In this document: piece by piece, positions 13,228 to 25,204 of the stretch | Layout of the letters: each line of letters opens with the position of its first letter | Position numbering within the stretch: the stretch's first letter is position 1 | Assembly (NCBI RefSeq): GCF_009914755.1 | Contig: NC_060942.1 | Length of the DNA: 64,000 nucleotides | Direction: 5' to 3' (one strand) | DNA from: the human T2T-CHM13v2.0 reference genome, Homo sapiens | Made by a program: the position numbers and the translations under genes | Notes under the pieces: model-generated | What the model saw: only the letters and a program-made list of their open reading frames with translations | Databases searched by the model: none | What the model was told of the DNA's origin: nothing

Positions 13228-13319
13228 AAAGAATATAATAAACACTCAATGCAGAAAGAAATATTTTTTGAGTACTAAAGAAGCAACTGTAAAAATCTGA
13301 AGCTCAAGCTATGTTTTCC

Positions 13320-13367
13320 AAACATGAGTTAGCAGGTTCGGAGAAACATGAGTTAGCAGGTTCGGAG
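13320..13367. repeat. Perfect 24-bp tandem duplication
   Basis: AAACATGAGTTAGCAGGTTCGGAG x2. Confidence 0.97.
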
Positions 13368-13567
13368 TCAATGCAATTGCTCATTTGTGATAAGTTCTTT
13401 GATACCATGAACTTTAGTTTAATGAACATGAATGTATCTTGTCTCTCAAATTAAATCGGCTTATAGGAGACAAGCATATGTCTTTCCTTAACTATTTTTA
13501 TCAGTCTCATCTGAATACTCAGTAGAAACTTTTAGAATTAGTAAACATGAATCCTAATGGTTTAAAG

Positions 13568-15115
13568 CAGGAGTTTTCAAACATTTTGGATCTCAAGATT
13601 CCACTCTTAAAAATTATTGAGAATTCTCTGGATCTTTTGCTTATCTTGGTTATATGTTAATATTATTTACTTATTAAAAATTAAAACTGATACATTAAAA
13701 TGTATTCGTTTATTTAAAATAAATTTATTTTAATTTAGTAAAATTTAACAATTAAAAATTAATATGAATGTTAATAAAAGTTTAAAATTTAAATTATCAA
13801 ATTTTAACTTGAAAATTTGATAATTTATTAATTCACATAAAATAACATTAATATGCACTTTATATGTTAACATAAATAACTTTTGAAAAAAGTAATTACA
13901 ATTTGCAAACAAAAATATTTGTTTAGAAGAGTGTCATTGTTTTACATTTTTCCAAATGCGTCTGGTTTAATACAAAACAGCTAGATTCTTATATCTGCTT
14001 CTTAATGAAATATTTGCTAATATATTGTTTAGTTAAAATATACGGAGAAAATCTGAGATCACACAGACACTAAGTTGGGAGAGGGAAAAGTATTTTAATA
14101 GCTTCTTCAGGTAGTTTTGGATATTCTCTTTTGATACTACACCAATACTTGGCAAGATGATAGTTTTCTGAAGTTCTATTGCAATGTGGAAATCCAGAAC
14201 CAAGTTAATAAATGCTCCACATTTTATTACACTTAGAATTCATTGGTCAATCTTGCAATTTGAATGAATCTTTATCCATGAATTGTTTTGAAATATCCTG
14301 CATTTGTCATTTGAAATCATGGTTTACTCTCAAGTGAATGTTGATGTATTTTATTATGTAATTTCAAAAATGAGATTCATTAATATCACCACCAATTTTG
14401 TCAGAAAAGTTTTTAAGTATTGGAAACCTCTCCAGCTCCATGTAGTAGATGTAAATTTCCAAAATTCTAATTACTATTTGAAAGTTTGATGATACTGTCA
14501 TTTATTCTTCAAGTAACAAGGTAATTCATTCCTTTCTGAGGCAACATCTATCAAATACCCAAGTCTGAAAAGCCATAGTTTGTCAGTTGGTTATTATAAA
14601 TAAAAAGCAGTGCTCTAAACAAAGTGGCTAATTTTGCATGCCACTCAATTGCCCAAGTGCTTTTCCTGTGGACAACCATGTAACATCAGTATGGGGCAGA
14701 ACTGGCTTATGTATATTTACCATTTCTTCATACAGAATATTATAGAGCTATGTAGTCAAGGGTAGAGATTTAATAAAATTAATAATTTCTAAGAATTATT
14801 CAAAGACATTCTTTTATTTTTGTCAGTTTGTCAGGGTGAATCAAAGACATTCTTAAGTGAAACTGGCATATCTTTACCGTGTGTTGTGATCAATAATAAA
14901 ATGACCGCTAGTAGAATTGGGTGCCACTATGTTTGTTCATTCTAACGCACCAACAATTTTACCTACCATAATTTCTGTAACATCAGTACAAATGTCAACA
15001 GAGTGAAAATGTAAAAATGCTCTTAGTTGTATTATAAAAATGGTGTTGACATTGTAGATTCTCTAAACAGGTCTTGATTATCACCGTGGTCCGTAGGCTA
15101 CACTTTGAATCACTG
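13568..15115 (-). mobile_element. Charlie1a-type hAT DNA transposon (non-autonomous)
   Basis: Termini CAGGAGTTTTCAAAC...CTCTTAAAAATTATTGAG and GGTCCGTAGGCTACACTTTGAATCACTG; degenerate 8-bp TSD GTTTAAAG/GTCTAAGG; colinear with the copy at 30866-32527. Confidence 0.88.
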
Positions 15116-15179
15116 GTCTAAGGTTATATCTATGTTGGATCACCAATGCCAATATTTAGGCTAAACTATTTTCTTCCTT

Positions 15180-15904
15180 TGCATTGAATCTGTAGCTTGC
15201 TTTGAGCAGCATGGTCACTTTAACAATATTAATTCTTCTGGTCCATGAGCATGTGAAGTTTCTTCATTTGTTTGTGTTATCTACTATTTATTTCATTGAT
15301 GTTTTGCAGTTTTCCTTGTAGAGATCTTTCACCTCTTGGTTAAATTTATTCCCAGGTATTTTTTTAGAGATACTGTAAATGGGATTGTCTTCTTTATTTT
15401 TGTTCTCAGCAAGATCATTATTGGGGTGTAGAAAGGCTAGTGAGTTTTGCACATTAATTTTTTATCCTAAAATTTCACTGAATTCATTTATTAAACTTAA
15501 GAATTTGTTGATGGAATCTTTAGGGTTTCCTAGATATAAGATCACATCATCAGCAGAGATAATTTGACTTCCTCTTTTCCAATCTGGATGTTTTTTATTT
15601 AATTATCTTGCCCGATTGCTCTGGCTAGGACTTCCAGTACTATGTTGAACAGGAGTGGGGAAAGTAGGCATCCTTGTCTTGTTCCAGTTTTTAGAGGGAA
15701 TGCTTTCAACTTTTCCCATTCAATGTGATAATGGCTATGTGGGTTTATAATACACGACCCTTATTGTTTCGATGTATATTCCTTCTATTCCTAGTTTATT
15801 GAGAGTTTTTGTCATGAAGGGATGCTGAATCTTATCAAATGCTTTTTCTGTGTCTATTGAGATGATCATATCATTTTTGTCCTTAATTTTGTTTATGTGA
15901 TGTA
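15180..15904 (-). mobile_element. L1 ORF2 internal fragment (L1PB/L1MA age)
   Basis: GCATTGAATCTGTAG...GATTGCTCTGGCTAGGACTTCCAGTACTATGTTGAA...CATCCTTGTCTTGTTCCAGTT...TCTATTGAGATGATCAT; antisense ORF2, disrupted. Confidence 0.92.
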
Positions 15905-16224
15905 GCAGATTAACTTCAATTCTTTCACATAGAATCTTTACAAACTAATTTACAAATCCGAAATTTCATATTTCTTAGGCCCACTCCCACACATTTATAA
16001 TTTCCCTGCAATTTGAAAGCCCTCAATTTAGACAATCTGAGATATAGCTAATCTTTCCTCTTGTGTTTCCTATTCAAATAACACCCGACTGAGCAGATGG
16101 ATCAATATGCATCTTTGCCACTAGACACATGTACCTCCTGCCTATGTTAAGGATGTAAGGTCCTCTAATACAGAAAAAAACATTGGATGAGAAGACCTAC
16201 TTACACGAAAATACCTTAATTTAC

Positions 16225-16514
16225 TTTTATTTATTTTTATTTTTTTGAGACGGAGTCTCACTCTGTCGCCTAGGCCGGAATGCAGTGGCGCCATCTCGGC
16301 TCACTGCAAGCTCCGCCTCCTGGGTTCAAGCAGCCTACCGAGTAGCTGGAATTTCAGGCGTCTGCCACCACACCCAGCAAATTTTTGTATTTTTAGTAGA
16401 GATGGGGTTTCACCATGTTGGCCAGGCTGGTCTCCCACTTCTGACCTCAGGTGTGCCACCCGCCTCGGCCTCCCAAATTGCTGGGATTACAGGCGTGAGC
16501 CACTGAGCCCGGCC
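16225..16514 (-). mobile_element. AluS SINE with small internal deletion
   Basis: Reverse Alu; CTGACCTCAGGTG is S-type; reads GTTCAAGCAGCCT where consensus has GTTCAAGCGATTCTCCTGCCTCAGCCT. Confidence 0.93.
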
Positions 16515-16584
16515 CTTTATTTTTTTAATCTCTAACTTAAAGTTTTTAAATTCTTTTTATTTTGATAACATGCCTACAGGAAGA

Positions 16585-16690
16585 AAAGTTTAATGATGTG
16601 TTCTCATTTTACAGATAAGCAAATTTATGCTCAAAGAAGCTGAGACATTGTTGACTCTGTTCTACCTGCTCCTCTGGTCTGGCTCAACCT
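16585..16690 (-). mobile_element. MIR fragment
   Basis: TTCTCATTTTACAGATAAGCAAATTTATGCTCAAAGA. Confidence 0.55.
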
Positions 16691-17599
16691 TCCCAGTGAT
16701 AGCAAGAACAGAGACAACGCCATCAACAAGCTTCCTGGGTGATTCCATTCTTGGCTGCCCATCAGACACAGAAATCCAAGGGAGTGATGCTCCACCCTTT
16801 CTTGGCCTAAGGGTTTCCTCCCTACATGCCTTTTGTTGTTCATAGAATAAGCAATCTAATGTGGCAATAAACTTAAAATCGATATTAAATAAATTAACTT
16901 GGGAAGCAGCAGGACTGTAGGATCGCCAAGTTATTAAATATGCATATTTGAATTAATATAGTCATATAAGATAATTTAATTTTCTTTTTTTCTTAATTAC
17001 ACAATTTTTATTCCATATGTTTTCAGCTGTCTACACCAACCCCAGACAAATCCTAAAGTGCTGCCTTGACCAAATTAGATATGTATCTTCAGTTCTTTGC
17101 TTTGCCATTTAGTTACAATATATGGAAAATGAGTTTGTATCCCAGACTACTCTGTACGTGACTGGGTACTTAACCTTCTTTTGTCAATAACCTTAGTAAC
17201 TGTTTCTGTTTTATGCTAATGAAATTATATTATGCTTTCATAATAAAACTTTTGCAAGTACCCAAATATTTACTTCATTGCAGTAGCTTGTTGAGAGCTA
17301 CCTATTAGTGTCCCGCTGACCTGTTTCATTATTTTTCCACTTCCTTTATACAATTCATTGTATTTTGGTGAACAAGTCTGTTTTTCTAAGATTGTTAAAT
17401 CTTAATTTTAAAAAGCTAAACTAGACTTAGAAAATATGAATACATTTTGTTGACACGTTCAATTCTTATTGTTTTAATCCATTTTTGTGGTAAACGTTTG
17501 CTGATTTCTGTTCTTTTAATCTATTCCTGTTTCTTTTCTTAACAAGATTTTCCTCAATGGTTCAATCTTTCTTCTGTGCTTGGCCTATGTCATTATAGT

Positions 17600-18060
17600 A
17601 CTATTGATTCCAGCTATGATTTCAGGGGCACTTATTTGACTCCAGCATGACCAGTCAGAGTACTGCCTTCTACTGGTCTCAGTAATTTGTCGAAAGATGG
17701 GAATGTGACCCAGTCATAGCTAATAAAACATCATAAGGATTTTGGCAGACTGCTGGAGAAGAAAAATGTGTTCTTTTTTACTGGCCATGAACTTGGAAGG
17801 ATAGGACTTTGGATCTGTTGTAGTTTTCATGACATCATGATGGAAAAACTGATCCGAAGATGGAGCCATAACATAGAAAGTAGCAATGGATAGGGAAAAA
17901 ATAAATCTCGTTGATATATATTTAACCTTGGTTCCAACTATACAAAAAAACTCATCTATGTCTTGCAATTTTTGTTTATTAACTCAATGAATTTATCTCC
18001 CCCACTTTTTTCCTCTCCTTAATTCAACTTTATTTGGGTGCTCTTTGATTTGCAGCTGAT
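17600..18060 (+). mobile_element. MLT1-type (MaLR) LTR, old
   Basis: GATGGGAATGTGACCCAGTC...; 3' end TTGGGTGCTCTTTGATTTGCAGCTGA resembles the MLT1 terminus. Confidence 0.55.
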
Positions 18061-18334
18061 TTAATGCACACCTGGAGCAAGAGTGCATGGTACTCATGAC
18101 TTAAATGCTTAATGGCATCAGAGCTTAGTACACGGGGGAAATAACTGAACTATAATTTAGTCAATTTAATTGACTTCTTGCTATTTACAATATCAGTCAT
18201 TGCAATGTAACTAGGCTCAACTCACAATTCCATTGCTATTTTCCAATCTGTTCTAGTCTATGCATATACGACATTATTTATAATAATAAGAGTAGCCAAT
18301 TTTCACTTCCATTTGCCTTGTATTTTATATATAT

Positions 18335-18500
18335 CAGAGCATTTTCATATTCATTCTCTAATTTAATCCACAGACAATTCAATGAATTAGGGCAGGTGGC
18401 ATTTACATTTTACAAATGAGAACGATAAGGAATGTATAGATTGCACGGTGTGTCGAAGTTCATATACCAAGTCCATAGTGAAGTCAAGCAAGACCCCATT
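18335..18500 (-). mobile_element. MIR fragment
   Basis: TTCTCTAATTTAATCCACAGAC...CATTTTACAAATGAGAAC. Confidence 0.6.
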
Positions 18501-19304
18501 TCTAGTTGAAGAGCTTTTTCATTTACTGTCCTATTCCACAGGTTGACTTTTTTGTGTAACCATAAATTCATTTGTAAAATAAATACAAATGCATCCCAAA
18601 TCTATTTATTTTTAGTAATATGTCATTGAATAATTGCCTCACTAATGTCAGCTTTAGTGAATGGTGAAATTCCACTCTTTCTGCCCTCCTGTGCAAAACT
18701 GCAGTGAGTCATGTTTTGTTAACTTTATTTTTCTATCCAAAGTAATAGCTGATTTGCCAGTATTCTTATTCAGATACCAAGGGAAATACTGAAAGTTAGA
18801 AAATGCTCCCTCTTCACAAGCACTCTCACTGTTAACCTAGAGCCCTCAAAAAAAAAATGTGTGTTTCAATAATAATGTATTTATTAGTTTCTAACTACTT
18901 CTTAAAATGGTTTGAATGGACTCTAATATAAGACCTGCTAGTAGTAATACAAGTGGCTCTGTTAAATGTGCATAATATGGGAGGAAGCAGCTATATGTAA
19001 AATAAAATTTCATCTTTTGAGTTTAATTTTTATCTATAAAATGATACCAGTCAAATTTTCTAAGCTTTTCCCCCTATACTGCCAGACAGAAATTCTTCAT
19101 TTAAACTGTTTTACTTCTTGGCCTGTTGAACAGTACACAGGCATTTTTAATCATCCCTCATACATCTACTCTTCCTCTGTATCTAAGAACCTACACTATC
19201 ATTTTAAATCAGCTCAGATTCCATATAGCTATTACATAAATCCTATTCTGACTTCTCAGCCAGTCATCTTTCTTTGTTCTTGTTTAAGGAAAAGGTCTCA
19301 TTAA

Positions 19305-19590
19305 GGGAAATAAATCTGGGGGACTTCAACATATTAATGCCAAATAAAGTCATGAAACTGAATGAGATCACCCAATAAGTGAGTACAGTTAGAAAACAAA
19401 CAAACAAACAAACAAAGAGGCCTGAGGACTGAGACCTGGGCATTCCAAATTTAGAAGTTGGACAGATAAAGAGAACCCAAAGGGAAAAAAGACTAAGAAG
19501 GAGTAGACAGAAGCTTCAAAGTAAACATTCAAGTGAAAGCAAGAAGTATTCTAAGGAGAAAAGAGTGATCCACTGGGTCAAATACTATTT
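19305..19590 (-). mobile_element. L2 fragment containing (AAAC)n
   Basis: AAAGTCATGAAACTGAATGAGATCACCCA...GAGGCCTGAGGACTGAGACCTGGG...GACTAAGAAGGAGT. Confidence 0.75.
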
Positions 19591-20850
19591 TTGAATCATG
19601 ATTAATTTTTACTCCTCTACTCCTGTTATTTATTACTTGATAGAGGAAGATGGGTATCAAGATTAACCAAAAACTTTCTTGATTTTTTCTTTCCACATTT
19701 TCTGGGACACCCTAATGACTTTTGGAAAAGCCTTCTCTCATATCCAAATCCCTTACAATTTCTCATTAGCACCCTACAATTAACTTTTTTTTTTCCTGAG
19801 ACTGTCGTATACTTAAATTTTCTGTGCTCCCAAGTTCACTATTTAACTAGAGTATAAGAAAGAATGCGGTTATCTCATAAGCATACATTCTATTTTCCTC
19901 CAAGAAAACAGTTCACTCTTTCTGGTGAAGGTAAGGCCAGGCACTCCTTCTTTTCCTCCTTCCAGAGTGCCCTGCAGGGTGCTAGGCCACACATTGCCTA
20001 GCAGACACAAGCAGTCAGAACTTCCCCAGGCATAAAGAATGCAATGTTGTAGCAATGTTGTAGCCATGGTTCTTCCCTGACTTAGTAGCATCAGACAAGC
20101 CACTAATCTTTTCAATCATTGGAATCTTCATTTTTAAAGTAGGCAATATCAACCTAGCCCAAATAAAATAAGTCATTTATATGATATCATATTGAAAGGT
20201 ATAGATCATTGAATAATCTAGGTTTGACTAATTAGTGAATCAGTTTTGCATTAATTACAATGCTTGCTTCTACAGTACATCTTCCAAAATTCTCCTAACA
20301 GTTCTCTTGCAAAGCTAGAAACATAAGCAAACATGAGCTTACATTTTTTAAGGTTAATACAGATAGTTAAATCTTAGAGACACAGTTTATATCTCTGATT
20401 TCTACCTCTGATTTAAAAAAATATTTCACATGGATGTCTGTGCAAACAGCTGAAATAATTTTTTAAAACCCTCAGAGCTAATAAAAGTGATGGAATTATT
20501 GTATGGTGCACGTTTATTATAGGAAACAGTTCATATTATGCAGTAAAAGCTGATTTATAGCATGTTATTTATCAAAAGAGGAATGAGAAATCTTTGAGGA
20601 CTGCCTTGCTAATTTTTCTTTTAGCCTGATGAGAAATAATGCACAATAAAAATGATAAAAATAATTGCCAGATAAGTTGACACTGGTGAGAGGCACATAC
20701 CATTTACTTATGACATTTCTTTTCCATGAAAAAAATCTTTAATATGTCAAAGACAGTAGAAAAATTGACACTAACATTTTAAATGTTTTTCTTTTTTTGA
20801 AACTAAGGAGAGAGATGGGCAAGAGGACCCATATCCGCTCCTGGTCGCAC

Positions 20851-22260
20851 TGAGAGGTGACAGTGTGCTGGCAGTCCTCACAGCCCTCGCTCGCTCTCGG
20901 CACCTCCTCTGCCTGGGCTCCCACTTTGGCGGCACTTGAGGAGCCCTTCAGCCCACCACTGCACTGTGGGAGCCCCTTTCTGGGCTGGCCAAGGCCGGAG
21001 CCCACTCTCTCAGCTTGCAGGGAGGTGTGGAGGGAGAGGCGCGAGCAGGAACCGGGGCTGCGTGCAGTGCTTGCGGGCCAGCTGGAGTTCCGGGTGGGCG
21101 TGGGCTTGGAACAGACGGCCGACCCTGCCAGCCCCGGGCAATGAGGGACTTAGCACCCGGGCCAGCGGCTGTGGAGGGTGTACTGGGTCCCCTAGCAGTG
21201 CCAGCCCACTGGCGCTGCTCTCGATTTCTCACCGGGACTTAGCTGCCTTCCCGCGGGGCAGGGCTCGGGACCGGCAGCCCGCCATGCTTGAGCCTCCCAC
21301 CCCCTCCATGGGCTCCTGTGCGCCTGAGCCTCCCGGATGAGCGCAGCCCCCTGCTCCACGGCGCCCAGTCCCATCGACCACCTAAGGGCTGAGAACTGCG
21401 GGCGCGGCACGGGACTGGCAGGCAGCTCCACCTGCAGCCCCGGTGCGGGATCCACTGGGTGAAGCCAGCTGGGGTCCTGAGTCTGTTGGGGCCTTGGAGA
21501 ACCTTTATGTCTAGCTCAGGGATTGTAAATACACCAATCGGCACTCTGTATCTAGCTCAAGGTTTGTAAACACACCAATCAGCACCCTGTGTCTAGCTCA
21601 GGGTTTGTGAATGCACCAATCGACACTCTGTATCTAGCTACTCTGGTGGGGCCTTGGAGGACCTTTGTGTGGACACTCTGTATCTAGTTAATCTAGTGGG
21701 GACGTGAAAACCTTTGTGTCTAGCCCAGGGATTGTAAAGGCACCAATCAGCGCCCTGTCAAAACAGACCCCTTGGCTCTACCAATCAGCAGGATGTGGGT
21801 GGGGCCAGATAAGAGAATAAAAGCAGGCTGCCCTAGCCAGCAGTGGCAACCCGCTCAGGTCCTCTTCCACACTGTGGAAGCTTTGTTCTTTAACTCTTTG
21901 CAATAAATCTTGCTACTGCTCACTCTTTGGGTCCACACTGCTTTTATGAGCTGTAACACTCACGGCGAAGGTCTGCAGCTTCACTCCTGAAGCCAGCAAG
22001 ACCAGGAGCTCACTGGGAGGAACCAACAACTCCAGACGCGCTGCCTTAAGAGCTGTAACACTCACCGTGAAGGTCTGTGGCTTCACTCCTGAGCCAGCGA
22101 GACCACGAACCCACCAGAAGGAAGAAACTCTGAACACATCCAAACATCAGAAGGAACAAACTCCAGACGCACCACCTTAAGAGCTGTAACACTCACCGCG
22201 AGGGTCCGCGGCTTCATTCTTGAAGTCAGTGAGACCAAGAACCCACCAATTCCGGACACA
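20851..22260 (+). mobile_element. LTR12C solo LTR of ERV9, full length (1410 bp)
   Basis: TGAGAGGTGACAG...CCAATTCCGGACACA termini (TG...CA); perfect 4-bp TSD GCAC at 20847-20850 and 22261-22264; CpG-rich U3, tandem CCAAT units, U5 repeats. Confidence 0.97.
21500..21830 (+). promoter_or_regulatory. LTR12C enhancer/promoter: NF-Y (CCAAT) repeats plus GATA and TATA-like motif
   Basis: Five CCAATC motifs between 21534 and 21786 in ~41-bp TCTAGCT units; GATAAGAGAATAAAAG at about 21808-21823. Function is inferred from family knowledge. Confidence 0.75.
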
Positions 22261-22379
22261 GCACTATGCTGGGTGCTGTGCCCAGGGTTTTACATGGGTT
22301 TTTCTTGTGGGTCAACTCTCTTTAGGCATTCCTATGAGATGGACAGACTAATACAGTGAATTAAGCTGAAGCTCTCCCT

Positions 22380-22574
22380 TAGCCCTGATATTTTCTGTTA
22401 GTGATTTTCCATCCACTACCCTCCACTGCGCTTCTTGGCTATATATTTCTACCTGCCCATGTTGTATTTGGAATTGAGCCCACTTCTATACTGAGGTATG
22501 TTCCCTTCATGGAAGAGTTTCTGAATAAATCTGATTTTACCACTTTCCTGTCCAGCTCTGGTTTTCCTTTGACA
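22380..22574 (+). mobile_element. MER31A-like ERV1 LTR 3' portion
   Basis: TTTTCCATCCACT...CTTGGCTATA...GGAATTGAGCCCACTTCTATACTGAGG...GAATAAATC...TGTCCAGCTCTGGTTTTCCTTTGACA. Confidence 0.72.
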
Positions 22575-25204
22575 GGTCTTCCAGAAGACTCAGTTGCCAG
22601 AACTGCATTATAAATTCAGAATGGAATAAATTGTAAATATTACTTAATACCTAACTATAGTTCCTGCCTCCTTAAGTAAAGACAGAAGAGCTCAGGATAT
22701 CAGAATAGTGAAGTAATTCACTTGGTAAAAGAAATAAAAAGAAGTTAAAAATCCCTTTTTTCCTGAATTTACCTAGAAGCTAATCTTAGATATCTCTAAA
22801 TCCATATGTACCTATTGGTAACAAGGAATAAGAACTTCATAAGATTATTAAGAGAATTAAATAAAATAAACAGTATCTACAGAGAGCATCTATACACCAG
22901 GCCCTCAGGAGATGGCCTGAGCAGAGGAGACCATAAATATTAGTCTCCTTCCCTGCTCTTTAGCTTACTTTGTAGGAGAAATGAAAAGGACTGGAAATCA
23001 GGCATATAATCTAAAAAGAAACTCAAAGTCCTAAGAAAGGTCACTTAAAAAATCAGAAAGTCCATGGTTGTGAATTGTAGTACTGAAAAGGAGGACAAGA
23101 TGTGTTTACTCTTGTGGTGGTCACACTTTCATTCACCCAAAGCACATGAAGAAATCACACTTCCCTGTGAAATTCTGGGCTCTACAGCCAAAATTTTATC
23201 TCTTTCTATCTTATCAGAAGAAAAAAAAAATCAAAAGACTCAAAAAAAATCAAATTACTCAAGTAATCATATTATGCAGTTTAATTTATAGTTTTTTATT
23301 TTATTTTGTTAAAAGTAATTATTTGCAAACTTGGGCATGTTACTATTGTTTGTTGCAAAACATGAGAAAGGGACCTCACAACTAACCTCAGCACAGGCAA
23401 ATGCAAGACCCCCAAGATCTAGGACCATTTCCTGAGTCACTATGAGGCCTTGAAGCAGTACTGCTTCAGAAGTTTTCAAAATATGTTTTCCTCATTAGCC
23501 GAGTTCGACAATGATTACCTTGCTATGAGCTGAATTTACATGGATAGAAAGCATGGAAAACAACATATAGGTCACTAGTGGGAAGAACTAAGGGCTTAAC
23601 TTATTTATAAGGCAAATTTAAATGTTTTAGAAAATACTGAAATGGCAAGGCATACAAGGGAATATAAGACATACAATGCTTACAAGAAGGTGGACAAATA
23701 AAGGGAAACATGCCACTGTTCTTGGCTGATTCTCTATACTCTTATTTGCCAAATATCAGGTTTGTGTCATCCTCTATATTTCCTTTCAGATCTACATATT
23801 CTGTTATTCTAGATCATGAAGCTTAACTTCCTTGAAGATATGCAGGCTATCATATAATAGCATGAAATATATAATTTTAATTTTCTGATCTTTTAAGCCA
23901 TTATCCCAATAGAAATTTTGCCTGCCTTTTCAGCATATATGCGTTGAGATTGTGGTGTTTTGTCTTCAGTTATTCAAAATTCATCATTAAGTAACCCCTA
24001 TGTTTCAGGAACCATTCTGAATTTAGAAAGCCCTGAACAATTATCTCAAGAAGTTTTCATTCAGATCCATTTCTGTTAATTCTGGGAAAGACAAAAAGGT
24101 TTAGGATTTGTGAACCTAATATTAGGGGAAATGGTACCCCACAGTCATGGAAAGTTAAAATTGAAAGCATTTCTGGCAAGCAACAGTCTCTCTTTGTTTT
24201 TTAAGCATTGAGATTATGTATATTTGATGAAAGCTAATTTACTTTAATTCAATTTCCAATAGTTTATAATAATATTGGCTTTTCCCTCCTAATGTCTATT
24301 GAGTTAAAATAAAGTATTACAAAAACAAATAGAATGTAGCACATAACCAATAGAAATTAAATTGGAAAGATAATTACAGATCTTCAATCAGACTGTCCCT
24401 TCTGATGGGACTATAGGGAAGCAAACTTGTCAAGGGACATGACATTGCACCTTATGTTCTACTCTGGCTTTCTTTCTCTCCAACCCCTCCTCTCCACCAT
24501 TGGCACCTGGCCAGTTAATGGCTACATTGCATGTTGAAAATTGGGTTGCCACTGATTTCCAGACAATTGCTTCAGAAAAGGGTTCTGTCTTTATTCACAA
24601 GGACTTAATTGAAAATCTCTTGTCTCTCTGTTAGAGGGAGCCTGGTGATAACTCTGATGCAGATGGAGCCATAAAGAACCCTCCCCTCAGGATCTCAGCA
24701 TGCTGGAGAATCATTCTGGAGGTTTTTCACAGGTCTTTAATCATAATCAACCCAAGGAACTGCAGCCAGTCTCATTGCATAAACTGTTTATTTTAGTTTT
24801 AGTGTTTGTTTGTAATTACTTGTTATCCTCAACTACTGTCACGCTGTCAACATATTAACTTCAGCAGTTATCAGGAGGGAATTATTCTGAAAAATAAATA
24901 GGGCATCTCTGTCAGGACTTCAGAGATAGAAAATAGAAAAGTAGAAAGAGCCAAATGAAATTCTTTTCCCTACCCCAAAGCCCCCAGTGGAGTTGGAACA
25001 ATGGATTAAAAGGCAATCCTTTCATGAAGTTGCAATATAAGTAGCTAAAAGAGTGTTACAGAATAATAAGATTAGAAAATTTCTTGGAATGGGCTTTAGA
25101 AATAATCTAGCCAAACCCTTTACCTAAAGTAGAATTTCTTACTATTGCATTTCTCATAAATAATCATCTTTCATATCCATTTGAATGCCCAAATAAATAA
25201 CTCT

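Noticed and set aside
20040-20064. Short 11-12 bp duplications (GCAATGTTGTA x2; also near 4377, 9898 and 27961)
   Set aside because: Ordinary micro-duplications with no evidence of function.
20739-22143. Cluster of overlapping 75-134 aa GC-rich ORFs
   Set aside because: All overlap LTR12C; high GC suppresses stop codons on both strands, and there are no gag/pol/env motifs.
21500-22200. Regularly spaced repeats superficially like a CRISPR array
   Set aside because: These are the known internal tandem units of LTR12C; the spacers are mutually similar and there are no cas genes in this primate DNA.
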